Positions 1 to 16,455 of a stretch of 64,000 nucleotides of DNA are shown here, piece by piece. The notes beneath the pieces were generated by a model. That model ran no database searches, was not told the DNA's origin, and worked only from the letters and a program-made list of their open reading frames with translations. The stretch comes from Auanema rhodensis (lineage: Eukaryota > Animalia > Nematoda): assembly GCA_964057225.1 (NCBI GenBank), contig OZ059898.1, forward strand, positions 15,004,001-15,068,000, written 5' to 3'. A program made the translations under genes and the position numbers. Within the stretch, counting starts at the first letter, position 1; the number at the start of each line of letters is the position of its first letter.

Positions 1-294
1 AAGTTCAAATTCAAACTTACGAATATCTATTTGTATGAATAAGTAAGAACAATTCGACATGACTTTATTACATTTTAAAAATCGGAAAAATAAAGAAAAA
101 AAAAACAACTATTGGTGATTGAATTTTACTATTACGAAATCAGGGTAGATACTTGGGCCCTTTATTCTAGATTAGCAATCGAAGACATATTCAGATTAAT
201 TAAATATTCATAATTCAAATTTAATGTGAATGAAAAAAATATATTTAACTAAAATCATAAATTGAAAATAACGCAAAAAAGTCCATCAATAACA

Positions 295-515
295 CAGATG
301 CGCCGTCAGCTCCGCATAGGGCTCGCGAGCCGCCAAATTTTTATTGGTCTTGTGCCGATTTTCTAGGTTTCGTTTCATCAAAGAGTAAGCTAATATCGCA
401 CACTCCACAAAAAGTTGAAGTTTATCTTGTTGTTTTAATTATAATATTTAATGTTAAGCTAAATTTTCTTAACATTTTAAATAATAAATAATATATATGT
501 ATGAATTATTTGCAG
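295..515 (+). promoter_or_regulatory. nuo-1 promoter / 5' region: GC island, probable trans-splice acceptor (TTCTAG, 361-366) and short non-coding exon 367-384
   Basis: GC-rich patch with palindrome GGCTCGCGAGCC (320-331) in AT-rich DNA; ttctag acceptor, gtaagc donor at 385, ttgcag acceptor ending at 515 just before the ATG. Confidence 0.45.
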
Positions 516-524
516 GGACAGAAG

Positions 525-2499
<1,975 letters not shown>

Positions 2500-4011
2500 G
2501 TCAAGACAAACATAGTTCTTTATCGTTTCCCCAGTTTTCTGTAGGTCTAGATTGTTAATTCAAGGACAGTTGTATATGTACATGTTACTTCTGTCTTTGT
2601 TGAAGTGTACGTAGATTTTTATGACGTATAGTCTTATAAAAACTGTTCCTGTAAGTTTTTCTTATATGACTACCGTTGGGAAAAACTTGTAATTACAATA
2701 TTTTATGCTCCAAATGAATTTTTAGATAATATTTGAGCGTTCGGCTGTTATGGACTACATTTATAATTTTATAAACTAATAGAGAATGTTGTATACAAGC
2801 TATACAAGTCTGTTCAGAGCAATTCGGAATACCAAAATTATTAAATAAATTCTCTAAAGTATATGTGATTTATTCAATAACTGAGTTTAAAAAAATGTGG
2901 ATAATGCTTTAAGTTGAGAAATACCCTGACAAGTTCATAATGATATTTCCAAATTGTATCATTGTTTGATTATGCATGTAAGGACATGTAATACATATTA
3001 TCGGGCACAGTTAATTTGACCTTCCAAATACGGTTCACTAGGTAATTTGATTTAATCTTGTCATCGTGCACATTCAATTAGTTACATTGTTCCAAACTTC
3101 ACAAGAACTTTTTAAAGGGTACTCCATCGCATTGAATCCAGGTTTTTGAAGATATACTACATACTTTCCATTAAACTCATAAAATATTTTTAGTGTTTGT
3201 TAAATACATTAATCTATAATAGTTTATTCATTTTGAAATGATATAATACAATTTCTAAACATATCATTTCTTATTCTTTAATATGGTCATCGGATTCTTT
3301 TGTCTGTTTATACGAGAAATTCAAATAATGATGGATTATACGGGCTCATAAACATATGCATGAAGCTTTGAACATTGGCTATTACCGCCTTGAACTGCCT
3401 GTTTGTTCTTTCTACCGTCTGCATGACAATTGGGTCCCATATATCATCATTGATACCCTATTTCTGAGCTGTATCCCTATCAGGTGGTTTGGACTAGCTA
3501 CTAGCTTGACGTTTGATGATTTCCTATTTTCTTATACATATACACCCCCTCATTTAATTTGCTGTATGAAAATGGTGAGCAAATTAAAATTGTTGCTAAT
3601 GTTGATGCTGTTAAAGACGTTGAAAAATGCAGGAAGTAGTCTACTTGTTTTATGATCTTAATTTCTGCTAAGGTAAGAGGATAAGAGAGAAAGCTTGACA
3701 CGCCAAGCATCCAGCTTTCGCTATATAGCCTCAAGCATGAACGGCCTCAAACGGCTTCCCTCCCTCTTTCTCTATCATATTCCCTTGTTTCTTTCTGTTC
3801 GCCTCAATCTTGAGCGCTCAGTTTCCTCACTAATAATGCTTAGCTATGTAAGTCTCATACTCTGATTCTAGCTGTGTCCTTTTTGCTACTTCTCTGTTCG
3901 TCGTTTATGCTCATAGACGTTGGACGTGAGTATGTATGTATGTAGTATATATATATATATATATATGGGAAGTATATATATATTTGGCTTCCCTCCCTCT
4001 CTCGCTCCCTT

Positions 4012-4084
<73 letters not shown>
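4012..4084. repeat. (CT)n microsatellite
   Basis: Near-perfect CT dinucleotide run; a (TA)n run lies just upstream at about 3946-3966. Confidence 0.95.
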
Positions 4085-5336
4085 ATTTTACTTTTCTTTG
4101 TGGTTCTCTTAAGATGATCCGCTATTTTGAGATTCGTTTCTTACCCGAACTTCTTCATTTAACTTATATATGTATGCAACTCTTCATGATATAAGCTTAT
4201 TTCTTTTGATAAAAAGCTTCCCATTACATACTTGTTTATTGCTGTTGATGTGGTGAATGGCTATTGATCGCTTAATGAGTCAGATGATGCTAGAAGACGA
4301 ATTTTCAGTATATTTTAGGTTGTCTGATGACAGATAGACCATGCTCACACGACCCATCTGATCGTTTGATTTTTCCGCTTTTCGCTATATATTTACCTCT
4401 TTACTATTCCATCAATAGAATTCATTAAGCTCTTCCTTTCCCAAACAACTTGAACTTCTCTTTTTGGCTTTTATAATCGAGACCATTTCTCTACTCTCTC
4501 ATCCCACCTCATCTTTGCTCATCCATTACACCATTTCTGCTAATTTGCTCATACAAGCACCATCTTTTCAACATAAATTTCATTTTTTCCTGCTAATCGT
4601 CTTAGAATTCCGGTTGATTAGCGTTTATTTTCTGCAAATACTGTCATTGTACTAGATCACTAGTACGAGCCACAACCAAACGGATGTACTGTTTTTGCCT
4701 ACGTGCCAGCACCGACTGCCTGCCTAAGAAGACCCTAGCAACGGACTGCTGTTCGTTTAAATTGTTTTTGACGAAAAAATTTTCATAATATGTTAAATTT
4801 TTTTCTCATTTTCCTCATAACATGTCTTTTTCGTAATTAACAGTACATATACTATATATAATATTCTATATTTATTATGTGATTTTACAATTTTATGTTT
4901 TGAATAAAACCAAAAAACATCTCAAAGTTTAACATTTTGAGCTTTTTTGTATCGCTGTGCGCCAACTTCCTTCCATGACTTAAGCAGTGTCTGATATTTT
5001 TCTTGTTGTCTAGCCATGCAAAGGATTAAAAATTATGAAGAGCTTATCGATCGTTCTCCTGAAATTTTCGAATGGAACCGCAAAGGCCATTGAATTTACT
5101 TATTTCAAGCTAGTGTGATGATGTAAAAGATTAAAGTGTTGATGTTGCATCTGACTCACTGAAAATTGAAAACAAAATAGTTTATCATATGAAGCCTTAA
5201 CAAGTCAACGATCATCACCAAAGCATCATTCAGTTAAGTCTTTGCCTATAGGACATGTGGAGTTTCTTCTAGTCGTTTAACTAATCTGTGCTATATGATC
5301 ATCATGAGCATCATCACCTTCTTACCTGCTCCGCCC

Positions 5337-5339
<3 letters not shown>

Positions 5340-5375
<36 letters not shown>
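5340..5375. repeat. (CT)n microsatellite
   Basis: Perfect CT run. Confidence 0.95.
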
Positions 5376-5378
<3 letters not shown>

Positions 5379-8300
5379 AACTGTTGTCAAGTCCGTTCTT
5401 TTTCCGTTTCATTTTTCCTATGCTTACTGCCTTATTTTTCCGCCCATGTGCCAGACTGATCAACGTTGACCATAACGAAATTTCTGAAAAAAGGGAGGAA
5501 ATTGGGGTTTGGTCTCTTCGTAAAACATGAATTTTCCAATGACCTTGTCTTTTCAAAAATGTATCTTCTGCCTAGATTTGGCTTATTTCTGTATAACATG
5601 TCTTTATCTAACGATGGTGTCAGCCATAGTCATCGTTGCTGTCCAACTCATCAGTCGTGTCGTCCAAAACATTGCGACTTTTATGTTTTTTATCTTCAAC
5701 AAATCAGCTTGTAGTTCTTCTTCTTGTTTTTTCGCTCATTTTTTCGTTGTCATACGGCCTCTAGAGAGAGGTCATTTGCCCCTCACATTTCGGCATATTT
5801 AGCTTAAAAAACGCACCTTCTGATCAAATAAGGCCAGAAGAGATTTCAAATAGTTTTGTAGTTAGATCAAACTCATCTCAGTGTGTGTGTCGGTTTCCTT
5901 TATACTATGTGCTGCTAGCCATCCGAGAGCAGTATTGCTATTTCCTTTTAACAGTCGTTTTTCCTTATTCTGCCAAAAAGAAAGAGTTTTATGTGTATTT
6001 TTCTTTGATTATATGAATGTTTTTGTTATATTTTGAATAATTCTGATAGTCTTACTTGTAAATTATTACATTGTTTTGATTTCGACTGTAATTATGTATA
6101 AGCAAGGTGTAAAATCAATTTGAAAAAGTCCCATCTCCGAGAAAATTTAATAATTTTCATTCACATTTCATGCTTTATTCAATTTTTTTTGCGTTTTATT
6201 CAGTCTTCAATTTTGTTTTCGATTTTTTATATAGAAATAGGCTTAATTATGGTAGTTCTTTCCGAGCCAAAGCTCCTGCCAAATTGTCTATGAATGCTTA
6301 GTCAGAATAATTTTTTTGAAAATTTGCCCTTTTTTGTCTCAAAAAATTCTCAATGATACTTGAAAAAGTAACTGTCAAATCTCTTATTTTGTTACTCTCA
6401 ATGACTCTTTCGTTGAAGTCTTTCTCCACAGAAAAGCTTTTTATTTCAAAACAAGGATAATGATGATGAGAGGAGGATAGAATAAGTAAATGTATGAAAG
6501 AAGATGAATTAACCCATTTTTTCTGGGAAAAGTTTTTTCTTCCCAAAATTCAAATAATTTTTGAGTAAACTTAAGAACAACAATTGCTTACGTCACAATG
6601 TCGAGTGTGAAATGATGTTAAAAAAATATTTTTAGCTTTATTTGGTTATTCTCAAACCGAGTTCACACTGAAGCAAAAAGTCAAAAAAAGAATTTTGTAG
6701 TTTGTAGTGAGGGAATATGAATTTGAGGGGTAAGAAAGGGTGTAGTTGTTTGTTAAAGTTATATAAAGAAATGGAAAATACAAGTTTTTAGAAGAAATTT
6801 GTTTCAATTTTTAAGTAATAATGTTAGAAATTAATGTTTATTTTCCCTCAAACAGGAGAGAAAATAAAAACTTATTTTGTCATTTTAAAATTTTAAATGT
6901 AATTTCATATTTCTATTTCATTTCTTTCTTTTGACTGGATTTATTCCTGAAGTATGTGGTAACATTACTTGGTCACTCTTACATGACGGAATTCTACGAG
7001 CATATTTGGTCGTCATTTTCTTAGTTTTTGGATAGATGTTTTGGTCCGAAAAGAGAGATTCAGCTTGAGATTTTCAATACGTTTGGTCAAAGTTCACGCT
7101 CAGATTCCATCATAGTGGCAGGCGCATGAACATTGGAAGAAATAAGTTAAGACAAAGAACTTTATATGTATATATCTGATATTATATGTATAGTTAAGTT
7201 TGGAATATCAGATAATAAGACGAAGCTAGAATAGATTTTTCGGATTTGTCTTATTGATTTTTGATATTTTTTTCTAATATACTACTGTTTGTCTTGAGCT
7301 TTCTTATCTTGTTACCACAACAGGATGATGCTTTTCTCATCATTGTAGATGAAGCCTTGACTTCGAATCCGTCATGATTTCCTGGAATGTAATCAAGCCA
7401 ACAACCTAAGTGAAATAGTCAATTGTCGTACATTTCATCAATTCCTATGCCATCATCTTTTCTCCATGTTCGGTTTTTATCTTTCAGTTTCTACTCGTTT
7501 TATCTCATTCCGTCCGCATGAATTGCTCTACTAGCTCTTCAGTAACATTGAAGTTGGTTGCTAGATTCATACTATTTCTACGACAAGAATAGCTGTCTGA
7601 TGCTTGCATACAGGAGACTACAATGTAGCCGTTATGAGGTGGTGTCCTGAATTCTTCTGCACATATTTATTTTTTATTTTTTGTTGTTTTCTTGCTCATC
7701 GTCTGTAGAAATGCTTCAATGTATCATCTTCATTCTTGTCATTCACAAACATCAACAGATATTTTCATCTATTACTTTTTCTTTTTAACATTCTGAGATG
7801 AAAATGAGAGAAAAATGCTTGGGAGTGGCTAAAAGCATAGTGAGGAACGAACTTCAGTTCATCACAATAGCACATTTTATAATGAAGGTGGTGGAGGTGG
7901 TGGTGATTGTGGTTGTGTTGCCTGGAGCAAGTAAATGTGTTTGAAGGTATATATGATGAAGAGAGAAGAAAGAGAGAACGAGACATGAGCTTTGAGTTGG
8001 CAGAGTGATGCCAGCGGAAGTTTTTTTTGTTTTACGGATGAATCAGCAACACTTCTCTGGCTGGAGTGTCATTTCCCCTCTCTGTTTTGCCAACTCTCTG
8101 CTAGTCTATTCATCTAACTACATCTCCCTATCTCTGTATCTCTTCTTAAGCTTTCAACTCTTTTTCTAAGCATTATATTGTCTAGATATACGTATTTCTC
8201 TGTTGTCAGTTTCAAACCATTGGCACGTTGCTTGGTGTGGAGTCGAGAGCATGGCGACTGAGAATGAGGAGATGGTGTGACTGCTGAGAAGCGTTTGTCT

Positions 8301-11300
8301 GTGCTTTCTCGAGAAAATCTGAAGTTGTCATTAGCTTTTTTACCACCAGTTTCTTCCGTTCGGCTATCACGTTTCAGTTTCAGTTCAGTAGTCCCCATCG
8401 ACCCTTTTCTTGCAGTTCACGTATTATATTGAAATTTGGTAGAAAAGCAGATCATTACATGCTTGTATGCTTAGCTTAATCAGGCTTAACACAAGCTGAT
8501 TCCGTTGTTCTTTGAGTGATACTAACAACATCATGTATATGTTGTATGAATTTTCACAAACAATAGAGAATAAAGAACAGCATGCATGCATGCAAGCAAC
8601 GTTTAAAGCATTTCAAGCATTTCAAGCGTTTTCTACTTATAATAGGTTCACGAAATGACCTAATGTGTGAAATTTGCTGGCTTTTCAACTGTTTTCTAAA
8701 ACTTTTTTTTCTCTCTTCTCTTCTCCTCTCAGCATTCAATCATATCCTAATCGACATATTCATCATTGTATCTTTTTCATGCTCAAATGTTTGCATTTTA
8801 AACCAAAAAAATGGCTGCAAATGAAGAAAAAAATCGTCTCCATTCTGCAGTTTACTGAGCACACAGCATCTCCTTCTCCTTGTATGTCATATTCTCATAT
8901 GTTCAACTCATCCAACGTATTCTCTTTTTTTGTTGGTAAAATCTTCAGTATGTGTGTGTGTGTGTGTCCGTGTGTGGTGTCTGTGTGTGGTTGCTATGCT
9001 TTTATGTGAATTTGGTTTTTCCCAAAAACTAAGTGTTACTCTCAATCATATACTAACTAGTTATAACCATATACATTTATGTATGTATACGTGTATATAT
9101 ACACGTATCTATGTGTATTATCCTCAAGAAATGTAAAAATGTATTCATTGCCAAGGTCACAGACCATTCAGCTTTTCGTTTTTTTTTCATTTTTTTTTGA
9201 AACTTGTTCTAATAATTTGTTCTCTTTTTTTCTTATCTATATTTACTTTCCAACCTCCGCTCTCTATTTCATTCCTTATGCTATGTCATTCACATTGGGC
9301 TTATGTTACGTGAAAATAGTTCACGTATAGTTCAACATGTTTTTCACGTAACTTTCACGTGAGAGCCATTTGACGTCGTTTATTAGTCTACAGTGTCGTT
9401 TCTAGCAAGTGTCAGTATATACCAGCGGTTGCATTCTTTTTGTTTTTTTCATTTTATTTTTCGTATCATCATCTTCTTCTTTGTTCGTTCTTCCTCCTTT
9501 TCATCCTATAATGCCCCCGGTTCTAAGCCAATTTCTTTGGTAAATGTTTCCAATTTCCTCAAATCTTCACGTAACATCTCCATCTCAATTCATATTCAAA
9601 TGACCCCAATCATTCATTCAAGCCAATTGACCAACACTTCACATTTTGCTTGCAAATATCCAATCACATATCCCAACAAGTCACAATCCTGTTTTCTGTT
9701 ATTTGATATTCCTCCTTGCTATCCCCTTCCCCTATACATCACCTCTCTGAAATTATTTGTAATTTCTTCGCTCGTATATCCCGTATCCAGCGCGAAAAGT
9801 ATAATCTTAATGATTACATATACTATTTTCTTTTTGCTTTTACAATGAAATAAGTGTATTTTCAATTCACAAAATGAAAATATTCATTCATGCTCATACT
9901 ATCATTACAATTTCGTTGTTTTCCAACTAACTATATGTATATATTTGACATTTTTAGCTGATCAAATTATTGATATTTACAAAAGAAATCCAGTATAGTA
10001 ACGTTTCTCTCTCTCTCCCTCTCTCTTTCTTCATCAACATCATCATCATCTTCTCCTTCCCTCCTTTTTCTCTTCATTTCCAGCTGTCTTCGATACATTA
10101 TTTGTTTGCTCAAAAAAAGAAGTTGACAACTTGAGAGTATGTCTTTGCCTCATGTGCAAGCGTTGTGCATGTGTTGTGCCTGTGCTTGTGTCTGTGTATA
10201 CGTGTTCTATGAATAGAAATTCAACTCTGACTCAAACTTTATATTAATATTTCTTCTTCTTCTTATGTTCTTTTGTTCCAATTGCAAGTGCTGCTGCATC
10301 ATGATGTTTTGTAGATTTACATATATAGATATGGTGTTTGTGAGACATCATCTTTAACAACTTCAGCATACATACATGTACATGTACAACTTGAACTTTC
10401 CATAACATTACTACTTCAACCTGCCAACCAATCTATTGTGTGTTATTGCTTTAAGTCGAATTAGAGCTTTATCTTTCACAATGCAACTCGTAGTCAACAC
10501 TCTCGTCCCTAAAATATCTGTCAAGCCTCGACCACTGTCGCTTTCACTACTTACTTTCCTATTTCCTTCATCATCCTCATCTGTCTCTCGCAAATTTTTT
10601 TTTCAGTCAATTGCCAAATTTCATTTTATTTTATTATGTTATTAGCCAATTTTTCTTTTTTTTGTCGGCTCATTGGTTATACGGATAAATATTTCTACTA
10701 AGCTGTTTTCCAGCCAATTTATCAACTGCCAACAATCTTTATCCACAAAACGATATAGTTGTTATAGTTAGTTGTCTTATTAATCATATTTTAGTCTCTT
10801 ATCGTATCGACTTATTCTGCAAAATATAATAGTTTCATGACTATAACATGGCCATAATCCATGAATAACCCTTCTCTCTTCTTTCTTCTTCTTCTTCTTC
10901 TTCAAATTGATGAATTTTTCCTTTTAAGTTATCGAAGGGAAGAAAAAAGTTTTTGTCATCACACTACCAGACACAATGGCTGAATTTCATCGTAATCCTT
11001 GTAGTATGGTCTCTTTGATATAGGCTTTTCTTACTTTTAACTTATAACATCAAAGCTTCTGGTGGTAGATGTTACATGTATAGAACCTTTGTAAGAGATA
11101 ACCAGAAAATAAGAATGAAAAAAGTATTCTTTGTTTCCAACTTGACGAATGTTGATGTTTATGTTTGTTTATGCTCCAATTTTTGCTCCAATTTTTGTTT
11201 AGTTTTTCAGTATATTCACTAAATTTTATTGATTTTAATGAGTGAAATACAAGAACAATGAACATTTATTTTTCCGACAAAAGGATTTAAGCTTTTTCCT

Positions 11301-14300
11301 AAAATGTTTTTTTTAATTGATGCTGATGCGTCAATGTTTTATGAACTACTCAAGTACGATTATTATCCATCCGTTTGTCCTCATCTTCATCTTAAGATTC
11401 AAATAAAATTAAAGAAAAAGCTTTTTTATAAATGATTCTGCTGTTAATTATTCATTCACAATCAGTTAATTGATTGTTTTTTCATCTACAACTCGTAATT
11501 GTAGTAGAAATAGTCCCAATAACCTCATGAACTCAAACAGGAAAATGTCCAAGAACTACATACTCTGATACGATTAGTTTCTTTCTCTTCCTATTTTCTC
11601 TTCTTTTTCTTCTTCTTCCACCCCCTCTCTTCCTTTCCTTTCTTTTTCATTGTCCATTCATCTCGTTTCTGTCCAATTTTTTTCTTGTCGTCTCTTCTTT
11701 CTCTCAAAAATTGAATCCTCTCAAAAGGTTTCATGAGCAGTAGACAGTTGTTCTACCAACTCCACATTTGCACTTTTTCTCTTCTCATAACAGCTATTTC
11801 TGAATCCACTTACTTAGTTTAGATCTAAATCAGTTTGTAGTTTGTCTTTTAAACCATTATTATCCTTTTACGTTCTGCTTTTTAGCCCGATATATTGAAT
11901 TGTGTTGAGCTGTATCTCTCGTAAGTCTTGTATTTCCATTTTTACTCGAATTTCTCTTTTTTTCCCATTTGATTCCTGATAATCCATCAATTTTCTCCTT
12001 TTTTTCTCTATTTAATTGAAAAAAGCGAAAAGTCTATCGGTAATAGAGCTTACAAAGAATTTTTGTTCTCGTAGAACAAAACTTTTCGTTGTTTTCCTAT
12101 ATCCTCGTTATCGTTTTTTTTCCCAGGAAAAATTGAATTCCTTGATGTTCTCATCTTTATGATGAAAATGAAATAAAACAGAGACAAGATGATCATGAAA
12201 ACTCAATAGACAGAATAGTTTAATGAGGATAAAGTGAAGAAGAAGGAAAAGAAGAGGAAGAAGAAGAGGGTGATGAAGAAGAAAGGCTGTAACACAAGGG
12301 TCGTTGGATGTCTTTCATGAAGAATGAGCCGTACGTAAGGAGGAGAGGATGATGCTGATGATGATGATGATGAAGAAGAAAGACTTAGAAGTTTACTAGA
12401 AGAGCATAGAAGTAGTACATGATTCTTACTTATTCAACTTGCTGTCCGGGGTTTATGCGAGATGGAGAGTTATAGGAGTGAAAGAGAGAATGAGAGAGAA
12501 GGTTTGGAAAGTGAAGGGAAAATAAAGTGCCATGAGCTTTTTGAGAGAAAAGGGTAAGATAAGACAAACTGACTGACAAAATGTCAAAAAAAAGTTGCAC
12601 AAACGATTTGTATCATTATGATGCAAGAGATATGAGATGATGAAGCTGTAATGGCAAAGTTTGCTTGTTCTTCAAACGTCATTTTTGTAAATATTGGTTA
12701 GCTGAGTGGGGCATTAGGTTCCATATACCTTTTCCGTTCGCCCGTTCAGAGATCAAAGGTGCCGTATCGGTGATGAAGCATCGTCTCGTCAATTGACATT
12801 GGTATACAGTGAGATGAGAGCTAGAGCAAGAGAGCGAAGCAGCGAAAGCAGGAAGAATCTGTGTATTGAAATCTGATATGACGGCTGATTTTCTAATATA
12901 TCTCATGCTGATGTTGATGCTGGTGATGAAGTCTACTACAGCGACGTCTACTGATGCTGTTGCAGTATATCTTGTCAATGAGTCAGCCTATTGCAATCAT
13001 CTGATTATACAAGATGGTCGTTACGTAAGTAAAGTCATGTGTGAAGCCAACTGTGAATATTTCATCAAAAACCTTACATGTTGATAGCTCATTGAAATCA
13101 GATGAGAAATCAACATTAGAAATCGTTTGAAGGCAGATAGACATTGGTAATGATCATTAGAATCTATGAACGGCTGTCTAATTTATTACGGCTATCATCA
13201 GATCTTAGTGTCTGCTTGTCATTTTCAACTGAAAGAAGTGAAAGAAAGGAGAAAATAAAGAGAGGGAAAGAGAGTAAGAGATAGAGAGATGGAAATACGA
13301 GCAGAAATAGGGAAGAGGGAAAAAGAAAAAAAGATAGAGAGAGAGAGAGGTTCATCTCCTCTACTTTCATTCCCTTCTGACTTTTCTCTTCTCTCAAACT
13401 TCAAAAGACATTTTTGCCCCCAGATAGTGCACATACTTTGGCTGATGACACTGAATTTCTGCTTCTCTACTTCTCTACATCGTAATCATCATCATTCAGT
13501 GTTTTTGTTAAAACTTTTCAGCATTTCTGCAACATTATCACCAGCCTATTTCTTTCTACTCATTCGTGTGCTATTTCTTCGCTCATCATTTTCAAATTTA
13601 GAACAATTTTCATTTCTGCACCTCCAACAGCTATTATCCATATTCTTGATGCCAATCAGTTTTGATCGAATTTCAATAGCACGATTGAGACATTGACTCC
13701 TTAAGCATTGTCATGTGTAGGCTCTTTTGCTTTTTCGCTTCTTAGAGGTGCTATTCATTCAACTATCCACCCTCTCTCTCCTCTCTTCTTCCGTTTTCTC
13801 CACCATCGCATTCCACATCTTCTAATTTCAAATTGATTTTCCGTCTCTCCAAGCTTGTGCTGCCGAACGCTCATGCTTCTCCATCTTCGTGTCATCAAAC
13901 GTGAAGCTTGAAGCTTATTCTTGGCTACTTCTCATACATCTACTCGAATCATTAGTCTCATCATCATTTTGTCCTCCTCGTCTATGCAATATGGCTTGTG
14001 CCACACATAAAGCTGACCTATTATTCGTTATTTCACTAGATTGTTCGCTAATCTCTCGCTTATATAACGACGTTTAGTCTCTTATTCTCTTTTTCTTTCA
14101 CTTTGTTCCTACTCCTAATCCTTCAGCATCTTTCTACAACCTTTTCCCTCTGCTGTGGTTACCTCCTACTCTCCTACTTATTCCCACCCCCACCTCCTCC
14201 CAACCTCTTTACCAACTTAATCTCTGAGCATTAATATCATGGTTCTAAACTCTTTTTTTCACTTCTTGCCACTCAAATTCAACCAAAAAACATTATTTTG

Positions 14301-16397
14301 ATTTTCTGATTGTTTTCCAAATCATCCTATATATAGATCCCATGTCTTCCTATTTCATATGCTTATCTCATTTTTCTTTTCTATTTTCATCTCCGTTGTT
14401 CAAAGCACATCCCAATCATATTTCTTGTAGTTTTTTGCTCATTATTCAGTCTTTATTCATAGCTGCATATGCTTAAGACAAGATTATATCCTCTAATATG
14501 CGAACATAATTCAAAATTCTTCACGCAAATGTGTGTGAGTCATGCGGTTGCCATCTTCCGTATGCTGCTGTTGCTGTTGCTGGCTGCTTAGTTATCCCTT
14601 TGACATGTCACCAAACTCATCTACTTTTTTCTCATCCTTGCTGAATAGTCTTGGTTGTAAGTATATCATCATGCTTCTCATCTAAGCACAATCATTGTTT
14701 TCCTTTATTTCATTACAATACTTACTATATACTGCTCTTCATATCCTAGAGACAACACAAGACTCTAACTCCGTTGGTTTTACTCAAAACTTGTTTATGT
14801 TCACCAAATTTTCTTCTTTGTCTCTTCACATTTTTCATTTTTTCGCTTTCTTTGTATCATTTACTTTTTTCTTTTCTCTCTGTTATAGCTTCTTATAATA
14901 TTTAGTTTTCTCTTTCTATCCCTCTTTCTCTCTCTCTCTCTCTTTTCTCTTTCATCAATTCTCCTTATATGTATCCAAGATGTTCATTGAATCATCTTCA
15001 TCATCCTCAAACAAACCGCTGTTTACCAACAAGAAAAACAAATCAATTTTCGTTCTTTTTTCTAATCGCAAAGAGAAAAAAAAGAAAAAAAAGAATTAAA
15101 GAATCAAAATTCTAATTAATGTAACGAAGAACATATCAGTTACATTATCGATATCCTCATATCATTCTAGTTATACGATTTAAACTAACCTCACATGACT
15201 TGTTTTAACTATTTGTTATTTAACTTACTTACATACATACATATGCCGTCAACCCAACTCTCATCAGACCAATCAACCGCTTCGCACTTCTGCACTTTTT
15301 CAAAATGATTCAAACAATATCCAGCTCATCATAGACATACACACGTATTGCTCACGTACTTCACTTATTGCTCACGTCCTACTCTCATCCACAACTCCTC
15401 TTATTCTAATTTTCTGTTGCAAAACAACTATTTTCATTTGCGTTTGCGTTTGCAGCCGTTTTTTCCAAGATTTCAATCAGTTCTTCGTTTTTCTTCATTT
15501 CTTCATCTCATCTCTAGTGATATAATCAAAAATATATTTTTTTCTTTCTCATTTTCGCATATTCAGCTAAACACAATTGACTTTTTCGTCTCGTGAATAT
15601 ACTCCGATGAGTGCAATCTGCTGCTGATTCGCCTGCAGCCACCACACTACGACGACGGAACGACGCCGACGCGAAACTTAACTCATCCACAAACTATATT
15701 TTCAACTTTTTCAAGTTTTCCCTTGAGAAATCGACATAAGAAAGTTTTTTTCTTCAACACATCATATGTTTTGCTATTAACTCTAATTATTTGATTGTGA
15801 CAGATCACTTAGTACAAGATCGTGATTAAAATGTCGAAAATCAGAAACCAATTTACAACAATTTCTATTGAATAACCAAAGAAAAATGGTTTATTTCATT
15901 AATTTTCATGAAGTTTTCCTTATTTTCAAAATATGATTCATCAGGTTTTTATAGTTTTTATCAGAATTCATCGTTCTTCCTCCGTTTTGCATACCAAATA
16001 CACTTTATACTTTCCATGTTTGTACTGTTGATATGTTGATTGAATTTTGTTGAAAACGTTACCTAACTCTCGAATGACCTTCCACTAGCGTAAAGCTCAT
16101 TCAGCTGTTTTGAATCATTCTCTATATAATCTTCAATAACCAGAAAGAGGATAAACGTTGAAGGAAAGAGAACGAGAGACAGAGAGAGAGAGAGAGAGAT
16201 GGGAGAAGAAATAGGATGAAAAGAGAAAAGAGAGCTGTCGATCCATTTTCCTCATTGGGCTTTGTCCTTTCTCCCATTTTGTCCTGAAGCCTCATCTTCC
16301 ATAGACACTCACCAATAGCCTCATCTTGTCTGCCAACCTCTCCCGCTTTATCTTAAATAGCAGGACACAGGAGATATATAATTGAAGACATGAAAGT

Positions 16398-16401
<4 letters not shown>

Positions 16402-16452
<51 letters not shown>
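16402..16452. repeat. (GA)n microsatellite
   Basis: Perfect GA run. Confidence 0.95.

Positions 16453-16455
<3 letters not shown>

Noticed and set aside
5113-5160. C/D box pair (TGATGA...CTGA)
   Set aside because: Only about 30 nt between the boxes, too short for a snoRNA.
7383-7392. 10-nt match to the miR-1 5' end (TGGAATGTAA)
   Set aside because: The sequence diverges afterwards and there is no proper precursor hairpin.
12308-12318. 10-nt match to the miR-71 5' end (TGAAAGACAT, - strand)
   Set aside because: The rest of the mature sequence and a precursor hairpin are absent.
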